Source: an uncultured Lichenicoccus sp. (GTDB lineage: Bacteria; Pseudomonadota; Alphaproteobacteria; Acetobacterales; Acetobacteraceae). From it: a stretch of DNA of 64,000 nucleotides. The stretch is from the NCBI GenBank assembly GCA_963693035.2, contig CAXMMQ010000001.1, positions 2,457 to 66,456 of the forward strand, read 5' to 3'. The translations under genes and the position numbers were made by a program. Shown in pieces: positions 51,888 through 61,917 of this stretch (its first letter is position 1; every line of letters starts with the position of its first letter). The notes below the pieces were generated by a model. That model was not told the DNA's origin and ran no database searches. It saw only the letters and a list, made by a program, of their open reading frames with translations.

Positions 51888-53045
51888 CTATGGCGCCGAA
51901 GCCGGCGGTCCGTGCTGTGCCGGGCGGTGCGGCATCGGCCAGGCGGCGTTGCCCGCCCCATCCTGCGGCGAGGTGTATTCGACGCGGGTGCGCGGCAGGG
52001 CTTCCGGGCATTCCTGCTGCAGGTAGACCAGGATCTTCTCGCGTATCTCGCAGCGCAAATCCCAGGTCTGCGGCGCGTTGCGCGCACTCACCAGCATGCG
52101 GACCTGAACCGTGTGCTCGGTGACGTCGCTGACCTGCATGTTGACGACCTTGCCATCCCAGAGCGGGCTCTCCTTGACGATCTCGAGCAGCCTGGCGCGC
52201 AGGCCGTCGAGCCGCACGCGATAGTCGAGGAAGAAGAACACCGTCCCGATCAGCGATGCGGACTGGTGGGTCCAGTTCTGGAACGGCTTTTCCAGGAAGT
52301 AAGAGATCGGCAGGATCATCCGGCGCCAGTCCCACAGCCGCACCACCACGTAGGTGGAGGTGATCTCCTCGATCCAGCCCCATTCGCCTTCGACGATGAC
52401 CGCATCCTCCATCCGGATCGGCTGGGTCATGGCGATCTGCACGCCCGCGATCAGGTTGGTCAGCAGCGGCCGGGCGGCGAGGCCGACCACCAGCGAAGCG
52501 GCGCCGGCGGAGGCGAACAGGCTGACGCCGTACTGCCGGACCGGCTCGAAGGTCATCAGCGCGGCCGAGACGGTCACCATGAAGATCAGGATGTCGCCGG
52601 CGCGGCGCAGGATGCCGACCTGGGTGAAGTGCTTGCGCGCCAGCAAGTTGTCTTCCTCGCCGGTCTTGAAGCGGGCGAGATAGACGTCGCACAGGATGCG
52701 CACGGCAATCGCCGCACCCCAGCCGATCAGCAGCACCAGCGCCACCAGCAGGCCCTGGCCTATGGCTGCGAACCATTCATACGGCAGCCCGGCCGCCGGC
52801 AACGAGGAGCCGACCGCGACCACCACCACGAAGCCGCGCATCGGGCGGCGGATCGCGCGGGTGAAGGAGCGCACGAAGGCGCCGCGTTCGCCGGGAACGC
52901 GCAGCAGCAGGTCGGTCACCAGGCGCGAGGCGACCAGCGCCACCAGCGCCACCAGCATCAGCACGGTGGCGGAGGCGAGCGGCGCCGGCGCCCAGTCCAG
53001 CCACTCGCGCATGTTGACGATGTAGATCAGCACCTGGTCGGGCAT
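51888..53045 (-). CDS. MscS family mechanosensitive channel
   Basis: ASAGAASLVVGLAARP, NLIAGVQIAMTQPIRMED, GWIEEITSTYVVVRLWD and FQNWT. Confidence 0.92.
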   Translation of the reverse strand: MPDQVLIYIVNMREWLDWAPAPLASATVLMLVALVALVASRLVTDLLLRVPGERGAFVRSFTRAIRRPMRGFVVVVAVGSSLPAAGLPYEWFAAIGQGLLVALVLLIGWGAAIAVRILCDVYLARFKTGEEDNLLARKHFTQVGILRRAGDILIFMVTVSAALMTFEPVRQYGVSLFASAGAASLVVGLAARPLLTNLIAGVQIAMTQPIRMEDAVIVEGEWGWIEEITSTYVVVRLWDWRRMILPISYFLEKPFQNWTHQSASLIGTVFFFLDYRVRLDGLRARLLEIVKESPLWDGKVVNMQVSDVTEHTVQVRMLVSARNAPQTWDLRCEIREKILVYLQQECPEALPRTRVEYTSPQDGAGNAAWPMPHRPAQHGPPASAP

Positions 53046-53217
53046 CGCGCGATCCGACCACTCCGCACGCCCGAAGGCAAACCTCTGGAAAAGCAGGCGG
53101 GGCTACGGCGAGGCCGGGAAGTGGGGCATCATGTTGACTTGACCTGGACCGGACTATATCTGACCGCCTCCCGGCGCGGTGGACCGGGCCGCCTGCGCAG
53201 GGTGGTCCTGATCCCGA

Positions 53218-53292
53218 GGCGGCGTAGCTCAGCGGTAGAGCAGGGGAATCATAATCCCTTGGTCGGCGGTTCAAATCCGTCCGCCGCTACCA
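53218..53292 (+). tRNA. tRNA-Met(CAT), elongator type
   Basis: Cloverleaf: acceptor GGCGGCG/CGCCGCT + ACCA; D arm GCTC/GAGC; anticodon stem GGGGA/TCCCT with loop ATCATAA; T arm GGCGG-TTCAAAT-CCGTC. Confidence 0.95.
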
Positions 53293-53435
53293 TCGCGCCG
53301 GGACTGCCGGCCCCGAGACGCCGTCCCCCCCGCTGGCCGACGTGGACGGTTGAGTGCATTTCGTGGACGTCTGGTCCGGAACCGGTCATCATACCACCGG
53401 CCGTAGAACGCTTCGCGACCCTTACCGGAAACACG

Positions 53436-53651
53436 ATGAGCGCTCTGTCTTGGCTCGCGACGGGATTGGCAGTCTGGGGTGGCACAGGCCTCGCGGTGGC
53501 GTTCGGGCTCGGGCTTCTCATCCGGCGCGCCAACCGCAAGGCCGTCATGCTGCGGCGTCGCACCCTGCTCGTGGGCAATGTCGGCGCCCCGGCCGTGTCG
53601 GCAACCGAGGTGCAGAAGCTCGAGCCGCAGGGTCTTGCCGGGCGGCCCTGA
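53436..53651 (+). CDS. Small hypothetical membrane protein (71 aa)
   Basis: MSALSWLATGLAVWGGTGLAVAFGLGLLIRR: one TM followed by a basic stretch; fills an otherwise empty gap. Confidence 0.5.
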   Translation: MSALSWLATGLAVWGGTGLAVAFGLGLLIRRANRKAVMLRRRTLLVGNVGAPAVSATEVQKLEPQGLAGRP

Positions 53652-53680
53652 CGGCCCGGGAGCGAACTGCATCCACGGCT

Positions 53681-55528
53681 TCACCCCGCCGCGCTGCCCT
53701 CCCGCGCCGTGAGTGCCCGATCCAGGTAGTGCGCCGCCGAGATCAGCGCCATGTGGGTGAAGGCCTGCGGGAAATTGCCGAGATGCTCGCCCGCGGCGCC
53801 GAGCTCCTCGGCGAACAGGCCGAGATGATTCGCATAGCCGAGCATCTTTTCGAACAGGAAGCGCGCCTGCGCGAGGTCGCCGGCGCGCGCCAGGCACTCG
53901 ACATACCAGAACGAGCACATGGTGAAGGTGCCCTCGTCGCCATGCAGCCCGTCGGCGCCATCGGCGGCGTAGCGATAGACCAGGCTGTCATCGACCAGGT
54001 GCTCGCCAATCGCCCGCAGGGTGGACAGCCAGCGCGGGTCGGTCGGGCTGATGAAACGCACCAGCGGCATCAGCAGGCAGGACGCGTCCAGCGCTGTGCT
54101 CCCCTTCGACTGGACGAAGGCCTGCTGCTCCGGGTCCCAGAACTCCTCGTGGATCTCCCGGTAGATGGTGTCGCGGGTCTTGAGCCAGTCCTTGATCGGC
54201 GCCGGCAGTCCGCGCTTGCCGGAAAGCCGGATGGCGCGGTCGAAGGCGACCCAGCACATCAGCCGTGAGTGCAGGAAGTGCTGGCGACCGCCGCGGGTCT
54301 CCCAGATGCCCTCGTCGGGCTGTTGCCAGTTGCAAGCGAGCCATTCCATCGAGCGGGTGATGCCCTGCCAGCCGCGATACGAGACCTGCTCGCCGTATTT
54401 GTCGGACAGGTAGATCGCATCCATCAGCTCGCCATAGATGTCGAGCTGCAACTGGTTCCAGGCGCCGTTGCCGATCCGCACCGGGACCGAGCCGCGATAG
54501 CCGCGCAGATGCGGCAGGTCCTGTTCGTCAAGCTCCTGGTGCCCGTCGAGGCCGTACATGAGCTGCAGCGGCCCGTTTTCGCCGCCGGCGTCGCCCGCAT
54601 CGTCGCATGCGTCGCCCTGCCGCTCCGCCAGCCAGCGCATGAACGCGCCGGCCTCGCCGGTATGGCCCAGGCGCAGGAACGCATAGATCATGAAGGTGGA
54701 GTCGCGCAGCCAGGTGTAGCGGTAGTCCCAGTTGCGCACGCCGCCGATCTGCTCGGGCAGCCCGAAGGTGAGGGCTGCGACCATCGAGCCATGCTCGACA
54801 GAGGTCAGCAGCTTGAGCGCCAGCGCCGAACGGTTCACCACGTCGCGCCAGCGTCCGCGGTAGCTCGAGCGGGCCACCCACGACCGCCAGGCATTCAGCG
54901 TGGCCTTGAAGTGGATGACCACGCAGTCCTCGGCCTCCGTTTCGGGCACCGGATGCGACGCGTCCTCGAGGATGAAGGCGGCTGTCTCCCCAGCCTCGAG
55001 GTCGAACTCCGCGATCACCCCGTCCGTGTGCAACTGCAACTGCACGGAGCAGCGCAGCCGCAGCGCGAAGTGGACGCCCTCGGCGCGGAAGATGGCGTGG
55101 CCGTCCTCGATGGCTGCGGTGGTGGTGGCCCGCCCGTAATCGAAGCGCGGCGCGCAGACCATGCAGAACCGGGTCGGGCCGCGCACTGCCTTGGCGCGCC
55201 GGATCAGTCGCTGCGGCGCGTGGCTGTCGCGGAACGGCCCGGGTTCGTCCATCGCCATCAGGTCGGAGACCTCGGCCACTCCCTCGTGCGAGAGGAACCG
55301 GGTCAGCAGCACGTTGGTGTCGGGCAGGTAGAGCTGGCACTGGCGGGCGCGGTCGAGGGTGGGCGAGAGCCGGAAATGGCCGCCACGCTCGTCGTCGAGC
55401 AGGGAAGCAAAGATGCTCGGGCTGTCGAAACGCGGCCAGCACAGGAAATCGACGGTGCCGTCCAGCGTCACCAGCGCCGCGGTGCGCAGGTCGCCGATGA
55501 TGCCGTGATCTTCGATCGGTTGTGCCAT
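53681..55528 (-). CDS. Glycoside hydrolase family 15 (trehalase/glucoamylase)
   Basis: IGDLRTAALV..CWPRFDS, WDYRYTWLRD, QLDIYGE, DEGIWETRG, CSFW and GNFPQAFTH. Confidence 0.95.
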   Translation of the reverse strand: MAQPIEDHGIIGDLRTAALVTLDGTVDFLCWPRFDSPSIFASLLDDERGGHFRLSPTLDRARQCQLYLPDTNVLLTRFLSHEGVAEVSDLMAMDEPGPFRDSHAPQRLIRRAKAVRGPTRFCMVCAPRFDYGRATTTAAIEDGHAIFRAEGVHFALRLRCSVQLQLHTDGVIAEFDLEAGETAAFILEDASHPVPETEAEDCVVIHFKATLNAWRSWVARSSYRGRWRDVVNRSALALKLLTSVEHGSMVAALTFGLPEQIGGVRNWDYRYTWLRDSTFMIYAFLRLGHTGEAGAFMRWLAERQGDACDDAGDAGGENGPLQLMYGLDGHQELDEQDLPHLRGYRGSVPVRIGNGAWNQLQLDIYGELMDAIYLSDKYGEQVSYRGWQGITRSMEWLACNWQQPDEGIWETRGGRQHFLHSRLMCWVAFDRAIRLSGKRGLPAPIKDWLKTRDTIYREIHEEFWDPEQQAFVQSKGSTALDASCLLMPLVRFISPTDPRWLSTLRAIGEHLVDDSLVYRYAADGADGLHGDEGTFTMCSFWYVECLARAGDLAQARFLFEKMLGYANHLGLFAEELGAAGEHLGNFPQAFTHMALISAAHYLDRALTAREGSAAG

Positions 55529-55551
55529 GGTCGGGGTCCGTGGGTGTTGCT

Positions 55552-55995
55552 TTAGAAGCCGGCGCAGACCGGCATGCTGACGACGCCGACCGCCTGCTGG
55601 TCGAACCTGGTGCGGTAGTGCGTGCTGATCTCGGCGACCCTTGCAGCGAGCCCCGGAGACGCGGGTGCCACCAGCAGCAGGATGCGCGACGGCTCGCGGC
55701 TGATGCGGTTGCTGACCCGGTCGCGCCACTGGCCGCCGGCCTCGATCTCGGTGAGGCCGTCCGGGAAGCGCTGCGTGACCTCGCGCGAGACGAAATCGCG
55801 CCACTCCGCCCGGGTGATGTCGGGGCCACGCGGCCGGGTCAGCCCGAAATACAGCTCGATCCTGACCTGCGCGGTCCCGCCGGCGAACGGGCAGGCCGTG
55901 AGCGAACTGGCGGTGGTCGCAGGCGCCGGTGGCCGGGCCGCACAGGCCGCCAGGGTGGGCATCGTCGCCAGCAGTGACAGCAGCGTTCGCCTCAC
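55552..55995 (-). CDS. DUF3574 lipoprotein
   Basis: Lipobox LAAC; ELYFGL, FVSREVTQRFPDGLT..GQWR and FDQQAV. Confidence 0.8.
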   Translation of the reverse strand: MRRTLLSLLATMPTLAACAARPPAPATTASSLTACPFAGGTAQVRIELYFGLTRPRGPDITRAEWRDFVSREVTQRFPDGLTEIEAGGQWRDRVSNRISREPSRILLLVAPASPGLAARVAEISTHYRTRFDQQAVGVVSMPVCAGF

Positions 55996-56837
55996 AGCGG
56001 CGATCGCAGGCCGTCGCGCAACGCCCGGCCGTCCGGTGTATCGGCGTCGATCAGGCCGCGCCGCAGGAACAGGTCGATCAAGACCAGGTTGACGTTGAAC
56101 TTGAACTCGTCGGTGTCGCGGACCAGGCCCACGATCCCGGCCAGCGGAAACAGCCTGAATTCCGCCACCTCGCCGTCATTGGGCACCGGCCTGAACTCCG
56201 CCGGCAGCACCAGGTCGAAGCATTCCAGCAGGTCGCGGCGCAGGCCCTCCGGCCGCTGCATGGCGTAGGTGATGTCGCCGACCGGCACCGCGCGCGCCGC
56301 CAGCGCCGGGGGCAGGCTGCATTCCTCCTCGCCCTCCTTGTGCAGGGTGGCGGCGGCATCGTAGCCGGCGGGAATGCCGCCCGCCACCAGGTGGTCGAGC
56401 TTGTCCGGGTCCAGCGCCTTGTCGGCGGCCCGCCGGCCGATCCAGAGCGCCGGACCCTCTGGGCGCTCGACGAGGCCGTTCACATGCACCCCGGCTGCGA
56501 TCAGGCCGAAGGCGGGCAGGGCGCCGCGGTCGATGGTGCCGAGGCTGGGACCGCGCGGCACGATCCGCACGTCGAACGCCTCGTTGCGGTACCGGTAGAG
56601 GCCGGCTTCCGCCAGCGCGCGGCCAAGCCGGGTGAGCACCGCGACCTCGGCGATCCGGAACGCGCCGGCCGCATCGGGCGACAGCCCATGCCGGGGAAGC
56701 TGGCCGGCGACGGTGGGATCGATCCAGCCCAGAGCCTGCGCGAAACCCTCCAGCAGCAGCGGCGCGCGGCCACCTGGCAGCGTCGTGTTGTTGCAGGCGG
56801 CGAGGTGGCGCAGGAACGGTGCGGCGGCCTCGCTCAT
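55992..56837 (-). CDS. DUF4743-containing Nudix hydrolase (thiamin pyrophosphokinase-related)
   Basis: RNEAFDV, IDRGALPAFG..GVHVNG, LDHLVAGG, KEGEEEC Nudix box and FKFNVNLV. Confidence 0.85.
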   Translation of the reverse strand: MSEAAAPFLRHLAACNNTTLPGGRAPLLLEGFAQALGWIDPTVAGQLPRHGLSPDAAGAFRIAEVAVLTRLGRALAEAGLYRYRNEAFDVRIVPRGPSLGTIDRGALPAFGLIAAGVHVNGLVERPEGPALWIGRRAADKALDPDKLDHLVAGGIPAGYDAAATLHKEGEEECSLPPALAARAVPVGDITYAMQRPEGLRRDLLECFDLVLPAEFRPVPNDGEVAEFRLFPLAGIVGLVRDTDEFKFNVNLVLIDLFLRRGLIDADTPDGRALRDGLRSPL

Positions 56838-56892
56838 CCGCGTCGCCCCGGGTTTGTTTGCAATCCCGCTTGTGCATGCCACATCGGCAGAT

Positions 56893-58773
56893 ATGACTTC
56901 GTCGGCATCCCGGTCCTCTTCGATCAGACAGACTGCTGCGGTCGGGCAGGGCGTTCCCGACCCGACCACTTCGCGTCCAACGGCATTCACCACCATCAGT
57001 GGCCTGCTGCCCTATCTGTGGCCACGCGGCGACCTGCGCACCCGGCTGCTGGTCGCCGGTGCCGTGCTGCTGCTTATCGCCGCCAAGGTTGCCACGGTCT
57101 ACGTGCCGATCGTCTACAGCCGCGCCATCGACCGCCTCTCGCGGCACGACCCCGGTCACCTGATCGTGGTGCCGGTGGCGTTGATCGTGGCCTACGGGCT
57201 GCTGCGGATCGCCTCCGGCGGCTTCGGCGAGCTGCGCGACGCGGTGTTCGCGCCGGTCAAGCAGCGGGTGATCCGGGTGGTGGCGATGCAGACCTTCCGG
57301 CACTTGCATGCGCTGTCGCTGCGTTACCATCTCGACCGGCAGACCGGCGGCGTAACCCGGGCGGTCGAGCGCGGCACGATTGCCATCGAGCTGATCCTGC
57401 GCCTCGGCGTGTTCAACATCGTGCCCACGCTGCTCGAGACGCTGATGGTGACCGCGATCATCTGGCGCATCTTCGACTGGCGGTTCGCGCTCGCGACCCT
57501 GCTCACGGTGGTCACCTATGTCGGCTTCACCGTGCTGTTCACCAGCTGGCGGATCGGCATCCGGCGGCGGATGAACGACATCGACAGCGAGGCGAGCGGC
57601 AAGGCGTTGGACAGCCTGCTGAACTACGAGACGGTGAAGTATTTCGGCAACGAGGGCCACGAGGCGCGGCGTTACGACGAGGCGCAGGCCCGCTACGAGC
57701 GTGCCGCTGTGCATACCCAGGTCTCGCTGAACGTACTCAATATCGGTCAGGCGACGATCATCGCGGTGGCAATGGCGGTCATCATGCTGATGGCGGCGCG
57801 CGAGGTGGCGAGCGGACGGCTGACGGTGGGCAAGTTCGTGCTGGTCAACACCTACCTGATGCAGCTCTACCAGCCGCTGAACTTCCTCGGCTTCGTCTAT
57901 GCCTCGCTGCGCCAGGGCGTGGTCGATCTGGAGCAGATGTTCCGCCTGCTGGGCCAGTCGCAGGACGTGTCGGACCGGCCCGGCGCCTCTAGCCTGCCGG
58001 CTCGGCTGGAGGAGGCCCCACCGGCGGCGCTCGAGTTCCGCGACGTGCGCTTCGGCTACCGCGAGGACCGCGAGATCCTGCACGGCATCAGCTTCCGGGT
58101 ACCGCCCGGCGGCCGCACCGCCATCGTCGGCCCCACCGGCGCCGGCAAGTCCACCATCAGCCGCCTGCTGTTCCGCTTCTACGATGCCTGGTCGGGCAGC
58201 GTGCTGGTCGATGGACGCGATGTCGGCCTGTATGCCCAGGCCAGCCTGCGTGGCGCCATCGGAGTGGTGCCGCAGGACACCGTGCTGTTTAACGACACCA
58301 TCCGCTATAACATCGCCTATGGCCGGATCGGCGCCAGCCAGGACGAGATCGAGCACGCCGCGCGCCTCGCGCAGGTGCACGAGTTCGTCATGCGGCTGCC
58401 GGACGGCTACGACACCCGGGTCGGCGAGCGCGGCTTGAAGCTCTCCGGCGGCGAGAAACAGCGGGTCGCGATCGCGCGCACCATCCTCAAGAACCCGCGC
58501 CTGCTAGTACTCGACGAGGCGACCAGCTCGCTTGATACCCATACCGAGCAGGAGATCCAGTCGGCGCTGCGCCAGGTCTCGGCGCATCGCACCACGCTGG
58601 TGATCGCACACCGGTTGTCCACCGTCGTCGATGCCGACGAGATCCTGGTGCTGGATGAGGGCCGGATCGTCGAGCGCGGCACGCATCGCGGTCTGCTGGC
58701 GATGGGTGGCCGCTATGCCGGCATGTGGGCGGCGCAGGCCGAAGAGGAGCGAGCGGCGATCGAGGCCGTCTGA
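56893..58773 (+). CDS. ABCB half-transporter, Atm1/HMT1 type
   Basis: DRQTGG, LNYETVKYF, YQPLNFLG, GPTGAGKST, LSGGEKQRV and LDEATS. Confidence 0.95.
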   Translation: MTSSASRSSSIRQTAAVGQGVPDPTTSRPTAFTTISGLLPYLWPRGDLRTRLLVAGAVLLLIAAKVATVYVPIVYSRAIDRLSRHDPGHLIVVPVALIVAYGLLRIASGGFGELRDAVFAPVKQRVIRVVAMQTFRHLHALSLRYHLDRQTGGVTRAVERGTIAIELILRLGVFNIVPTLLETLMVTAIIWRIFDWRFALATLLTVVTYVGFTVLFTSWRIGIRRRMNDIDSEASGKALDSLLNYETVKYFGNEGHEARRYDEAQARYERAAVHTQVSLNVLNIGQATIIAVAMAVIMLMAAREVASGRLTVGKFVLVNTYLMQLYQPLNFLGFVYASLRQGVVDLEQMFRLLGQSQDVSDRPGASSLPARLEEAPPAALEFRDVRFGYREDREILHGISFRVPPGGRTAIVGPTGAGKSTISRLLFRFYDAWSGSVLVDGRDVGLYAQASLRGAIGVVPQDTVLFNDTIRYNIAYGRIGASQDEIEHAARLAQVHEFVMRLPDGYDTRVGERGLKLSGGEKQRVAIARTILKNPRLLVLDEATSSLDTHTEQEIQSALRQVSAHRTTLVIAHRLSTVVDADEILVLDEGRIVERGTHRGLLAMGGRYAGMWAAQAEEERAAIEAV

Positions 58774-58786
58774 AGGAGATGAGGCG

Positions 58787-59086
58787 ATGAGCAGCGAATC
58801 CACGATCGGACAGGACGGCACGGTTCCGGCCGAGCTGAGCCATGCCGGCGCGGTGGTGGACAAGGCGATCGAGTACATGCTGGGCCAGGAACTGCCGCCG
58901 CTGGCGATCGCCTCCGCCCTGCTCGGCGGCTCGCTGGCCTTGCTGGCGCGCACAATGGACACGACTGCCATGCTGCGCATGCTCGACAATGCGAGCCGCA
59001 GCGTCCGCGCCGGCGAGCTGAGAAGCGCCTCTCTGACGTCAAATCCGGCGGCCGTGAAGCCGGGGGACTTCGGGCGCGGCGCTTGA
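58787..59086 (+). CDS. Hypothetical helical protein (99 aa)
   Basis: GAVVDKAIEYMLGQELPPLAIASALLGG; RBS-like GAGG/AGGAG upstream. Confidence 0.7.
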   Translation: MSSESTIGQDGTVPAELSHAGAVVDKAIEYMLGQELPPLAIASALLGGSLALLARTMDTTAMLRMLDNASRSVRAGELRSASLTSNPAAVKPGDFGRGA

Positions 59087-59111
59087 CGCAGGCCGGTGCT
59101 AAGGCCATAAG
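59083..59111 (+). promoter_or_regulatory. Putative sigma70 promoter of rpmB
   Basis: TTGACG-N17-CATAAG. Confidence 0.5.
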
Positions 59112-59182
59112 CCGCCGCTCCAATGCAAGTCGATGCCGGGAAGCCATGCCTGCCCGGCCAGTGTCGTATCGAGGGTGAACAG

Positions 59183-59488
59183 ATGTCTCGCCGCTGCCAG
59201 ATAACCGGCAAGGGCGTGCTGACGGGCAACAACGTCAGCCATGCCAACAACAAGACCCGCCGCCGCTACCTGCCGAACCTGCAGGAGACCTCGGTGCTGT
59301 CGGACATCCTCGGCGGCTCGATCCGGATGCGCGTGACCACCAACGGCCTGCGCACCATCGAACATAATGGCGGCCTGGACGCGTTCCTGCTGTCGACGCC
59401 GAACCGCCGGTTGCCGGTCGAGGCGCAGGTGATCAAACGCCGCATCAAGCGCGCGCAGGACAAGAAGGCCGCCGCCCCGGCAGCCTGA
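59183..59488 (+). CDS. rpmB: 50S ribosomal protein L28
   Basis: [29 protein letters not shown]. Confidence 0.97.
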   Translation: MSRRCQITGKGVLTGNNVSHANNKTRRRYLPNLQETSVLSDILGGSIRMRVTTNGLRTIEHNGGLDAFLLSTPNRRLPVEAQVIKRRIKRAQDKKAAAPAA

Positions 59489-59494
59489 CGGCCT

Positions 59495-59526
59495 CAAGCC
59501 CGCTTCCCCACGGAGAGCCGGGCTTG
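59495..59526 (+). terminator. Imperfect hairpin after rpmB (weak terminator or processing stem)
   Basis: CAAGCCCG..CGGGCTTG arms; no good U tract. Confidence 0.4.
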
Positions 59527-59537
59527 TAATGCCGCCG

Positions 59538-59567
59538 GTCCTGACGCTAGTCAGGACGAACTTATAT
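59538..59567 (+). promoter_or_regulatory. Perfect inverted repeat overlapping an RpoH-like promoter upstream of fusA
   Basis: GTCCTGAC-gcta-GTCAGGAC (59538-59557); CCTGAC-N15-CTTATAT. Confidence 0.4.
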
Positions 59568-59704
59568 CCGCCGGTCGGCGTCGCGCTGCATGAACCCGCC
59601 TCGCGGGTGAGCGGCGGATACCATTCGGCCCCCCGGGCGGGCGCACGGAGCGGCGAGGCTCCGAGAGCGCCCGCTCGCCGTCGCCAATCCCGTGGGAGGT
59701 CCGC

Positions 59705-61795
59705 GTGTCCGTCATTTCCGAGCTTTCGAAGATCCGCAACATCGGGATCACCGCGCACATCGATGCCGGCAAGACAACCACCACCGAGCGCATCCTGTAC
59801 TACACCGGCGTGTCGCACCGGATCGGCGAGGTGCACGAGGGTAACACCACGACCGACTACATGGACCAGGAGCGCGAGCGGGGGATCACCATCACCTCGG
59901 CGGCGGTGACGTGCGAGTGGAAGGACCACCGCATCAACATCATCGACACCCCTGGCCATATCGACTTCAACATCGAGGTGAACCGCTCGCTGCGCGTGCT
60001 CGACGGCGCGGTGTTCATCATCGAGGGCGTGGCCGGTGTGCAGCCGCAGTCCGAGACCAACTGGCGCCTTGCCGACCGCTACCGCGTACCGCGCATCATC
60101 TTCATCAACAAGCTGGATCGCACCGGTGCCGACTTCTACCGCGCGTTCGACACGCTCAAGGAGAAGCTCGACATCGTGGCGTTGCCGCTGCAACTGCCGA
60201 TCGGCATCGAGGAGAACTTCATCGGCGTCGTCGACCTGGTCGAGATGAAAGCGATCGTCTGGGAGGGCGGCGAACTCGGCGCCAAGTTCGGCTACCAGGA
60301 CATTCCCGCCGACCTCAAGGAGCGCGCCGCCGAGGCACGCCAGCTTCTGCTCGACACCGCGCTCGCCACCGACAACGCGGCGATGGAGGAGTATTTCGAC
60401 AAGGGGGACGTCTCGGTCGCGACCCTGAAGCGGGCGATCAAGAAGGGCGCCATCTCCGGCGAGTTCCGCCCGGTGCTGTGCGGCACCGCGTTCAAGAACA
60501 AGGGCGTGCAGCCGCTGCTTGACGCGGTGCTCGACTACCTGCCGGCGCCCGACGATGTCGAGGGCATTCGCGTCGCCGCCGAGGAGGGCCACGAGGACGA
60601 GGACCCGACACTGCGCCGCCTGATCAAGATCGATCCGAAGGGACCGTTTGCCGGCCTCGCCTTCAAGATCATCAACGACAAGTATGGCACGCTCACCTTC
60701 GTGCGGGTCTATTCCGGCACCCTGAAGTCCGGCGACATGGTCATGAACACGACCAAGGACCACAAGGAGCGCATCGGACGCATGTTCCAGATGCACGCCG
60801 ACAAGCGCGCCGAGATCAAGGAAGTCACCGCGGGCGACATCGCGGCGTTCGTGGGGCTGAAGGATACCGGCACCGGCGACACGCTGGCCGCCGCCGAGGA
60901 CCAGGTGATCCTGGAGCGCATGGCGTTCCCGGTGCCGGTGATCGACATCTCGGTCGAGCCGCGCACCAAGGATGCGGTCGAAAAGATGACGCTGGCCTTG
61001 CAGAAGCTCGCAGGCGAGGACCCGTCGCTGCGTCTGAAGACCGACCAGGAGACCGGCCAGACCATCCTGTCCGGCATGGGCGAGCTGCATCTCGAGATCA
61101 TCATCGACCGGCTACGCCGCGAGTACGGCGTGGACGCCAACATCGGCGCGCCGCAGGTGGCGTATCGCGAGACCATCAGCAAGTCACATACCGAGACGTA
61201 CACCCATAAGAAGCAGTCGGGCGGCTCGGGCCAGTACGCCGAGGTCAAGATCGTGTTCGAGCCACTGGAACGCAACGCTGGCATCGTGTTCGAGAACAAG
61301 GTGGTCGGCGGCACGGTGCCAAAGGAATACATCCCGGCGGTGGAGAAGGGCATACGCATGCAGTCCTCGACCGGCGTGCTGGCCGGCTTCCAGACGGTGG
61401 ATTTCAAGTACACCCTGACCGACGGCAAGTACCACGACGTCGACTCATCGGCCCTGGCTTTCGAGATCGCGGCCAAGGCCTGCTTCCGCGAGGGCATGAA
61501 GAAGGCGTCCCCGGTCATCCTCGAGCCGATCATGGATGTCGAGGTGACCACGCCGCAGGACCATGTCGGCGACGTCGTTGGTGACCTGAACCGTCGCCGC
61601 GGCATGATCCAGAACCAGGAGAGCTCGGGCTCGACAATCCTGGTGCGCGCCCAGGTGCCGCTCAAGGAGATGTTCGGCTACATCTCGCATCTGCGCTCGA
61701 TGACCAAGGGCCGCGCCTCGTTCACCATGCAGTTCCACCACTACGATCCGGTGCCGCGCAACATCGCCGACGAGATCATGTCGAAGTCGGCCTAA
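59705..61795 (+). CDS. fusA: Elongation factor G, not in an rpsL-rpsG-tuf context
   Basis: [34 protein letters not shown] and [10 protein letters not shown]. Confidence 0.97.
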   Translation: MSVISELSKIRNIGITAHIDAGKTTTTERILYYTGVSHRIGEVHEGNTTTDYMDQERERGITITSAAVTCEWKDHRINIIDTPGHIDFNIEVNRSLRVLDGAVFIIEGVAGVQPQSETNWRLADRYRVPRIIFINKLDRTGADFYRAFDTLKEKLDIVALPLQLPIGIEENFIGVVDLVEMKAIVWEGGELGAKFGYQDIPADLKERAAEARQLLLDTALATDNAAMEEYFDKGDVSVATLKRAIKKGAISGEFRPVLCGTAFKNKGVQPLLDAVLDYLPAPDDVEGIRVAAEEGHEDEDPTLRRLIKIDPKGPFAGLAFKIINDKYGTLTFVRVYSGTLKSGDMVMNTTKDHKERIGRMFQMHADKRAEIKEVTAGDIAAFVGLKDTGTGDTLAAAEDQVILERMAFPVPVIDISVEPRTKDAVEKMTLALQKLAGEDPSLRLKTDQETGQTILSGMGELHLEIIIDRLRREYGVDANIGAPQVAYRETISKSHTETYTHKKQSGGSGQYAEVKIVFEPLERNAGIVFENKVVGGTVPKEYIPAVEKGIRMQSSTGVLAGFQTVDFKYTLTDGKYHDVDSSALAFEIAAKACFREGMKKASPVILEPIMDVEVTTPQDHVGDVVGDLNRRRGMIQNQESSGSTILVRAQVPLKEMFGYISHLRSMTKGRASFTMQFHHYDPVPRNIADEIMSKSA

Positions 61796-61822
61796 TCCAC
61801 GATCCTGGCGCAGCGAACGAAG

Positions 61823-61850
61823 AAGCCGGTCCCTCGGGGCCGGCTTTTTT
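61823..61850 (+). terminator. Rho-independent terminator of fusA
   Basis: AAGCCGGTCC-ctcg-GGGCCGGCTT followed by TTTT. Confidence 0.9.
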
Positions 61851-61917
61851 CATGCAGGCGCACCGTAGCCGGATCGTGACGTCCGGACGGGCCGGTTGCT
61901 CGAGCCTGTGAAGATGG

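Noticed and set aside
53218-53292. tRNA-fMet or tRNA-Ile2 identity for the CAT tRNA
   Set aside because: Position 1:72 is paired and there are not three G-C pairs at the base of the anticodon stem, so it is not an initiator. The GGCGG acceptor and GGAATCATAATCC arm resemble alphaproteobacterial elongator Met.
50746-53390. Identical 13-mer GGAACCGGTCATC at 50746 and 53378
   Set aside because: 13-mer matches are expected by chance in 64 kb of GC-rich DNA, and neither has a correctly spaced EcfG -10.
53218-59000. Genomic island integrated at tRNA-Met
   Set aside because: No integrase, no duplicated tRNA 3' end seen, and no compositional shift; the downstream genes look housekeeping-like.
59538-59565. 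Hammerhead-like core (CTGAcg..CGAA)
   Set aside because: The core is not CUGANGA..GAAA and the bases are tied up in a perfect hairpin.
59529-59909. Leader or arrest peptide upstream of fusA
   Set aside because: No RBS or recognisable arrest motif; it runs out of frame into fusA, as expected by chance in GC-rich DNA.
59099-61090. 663-aa ORF antisense to fusA, and similar long antisense ORFs (11281..13380, 17883..20195, 26036..28525, 22176..23765)
   Set aside because: Shadow ORFs from GC3-biased codons on the opposite strand; no motifs and unnatural composition.
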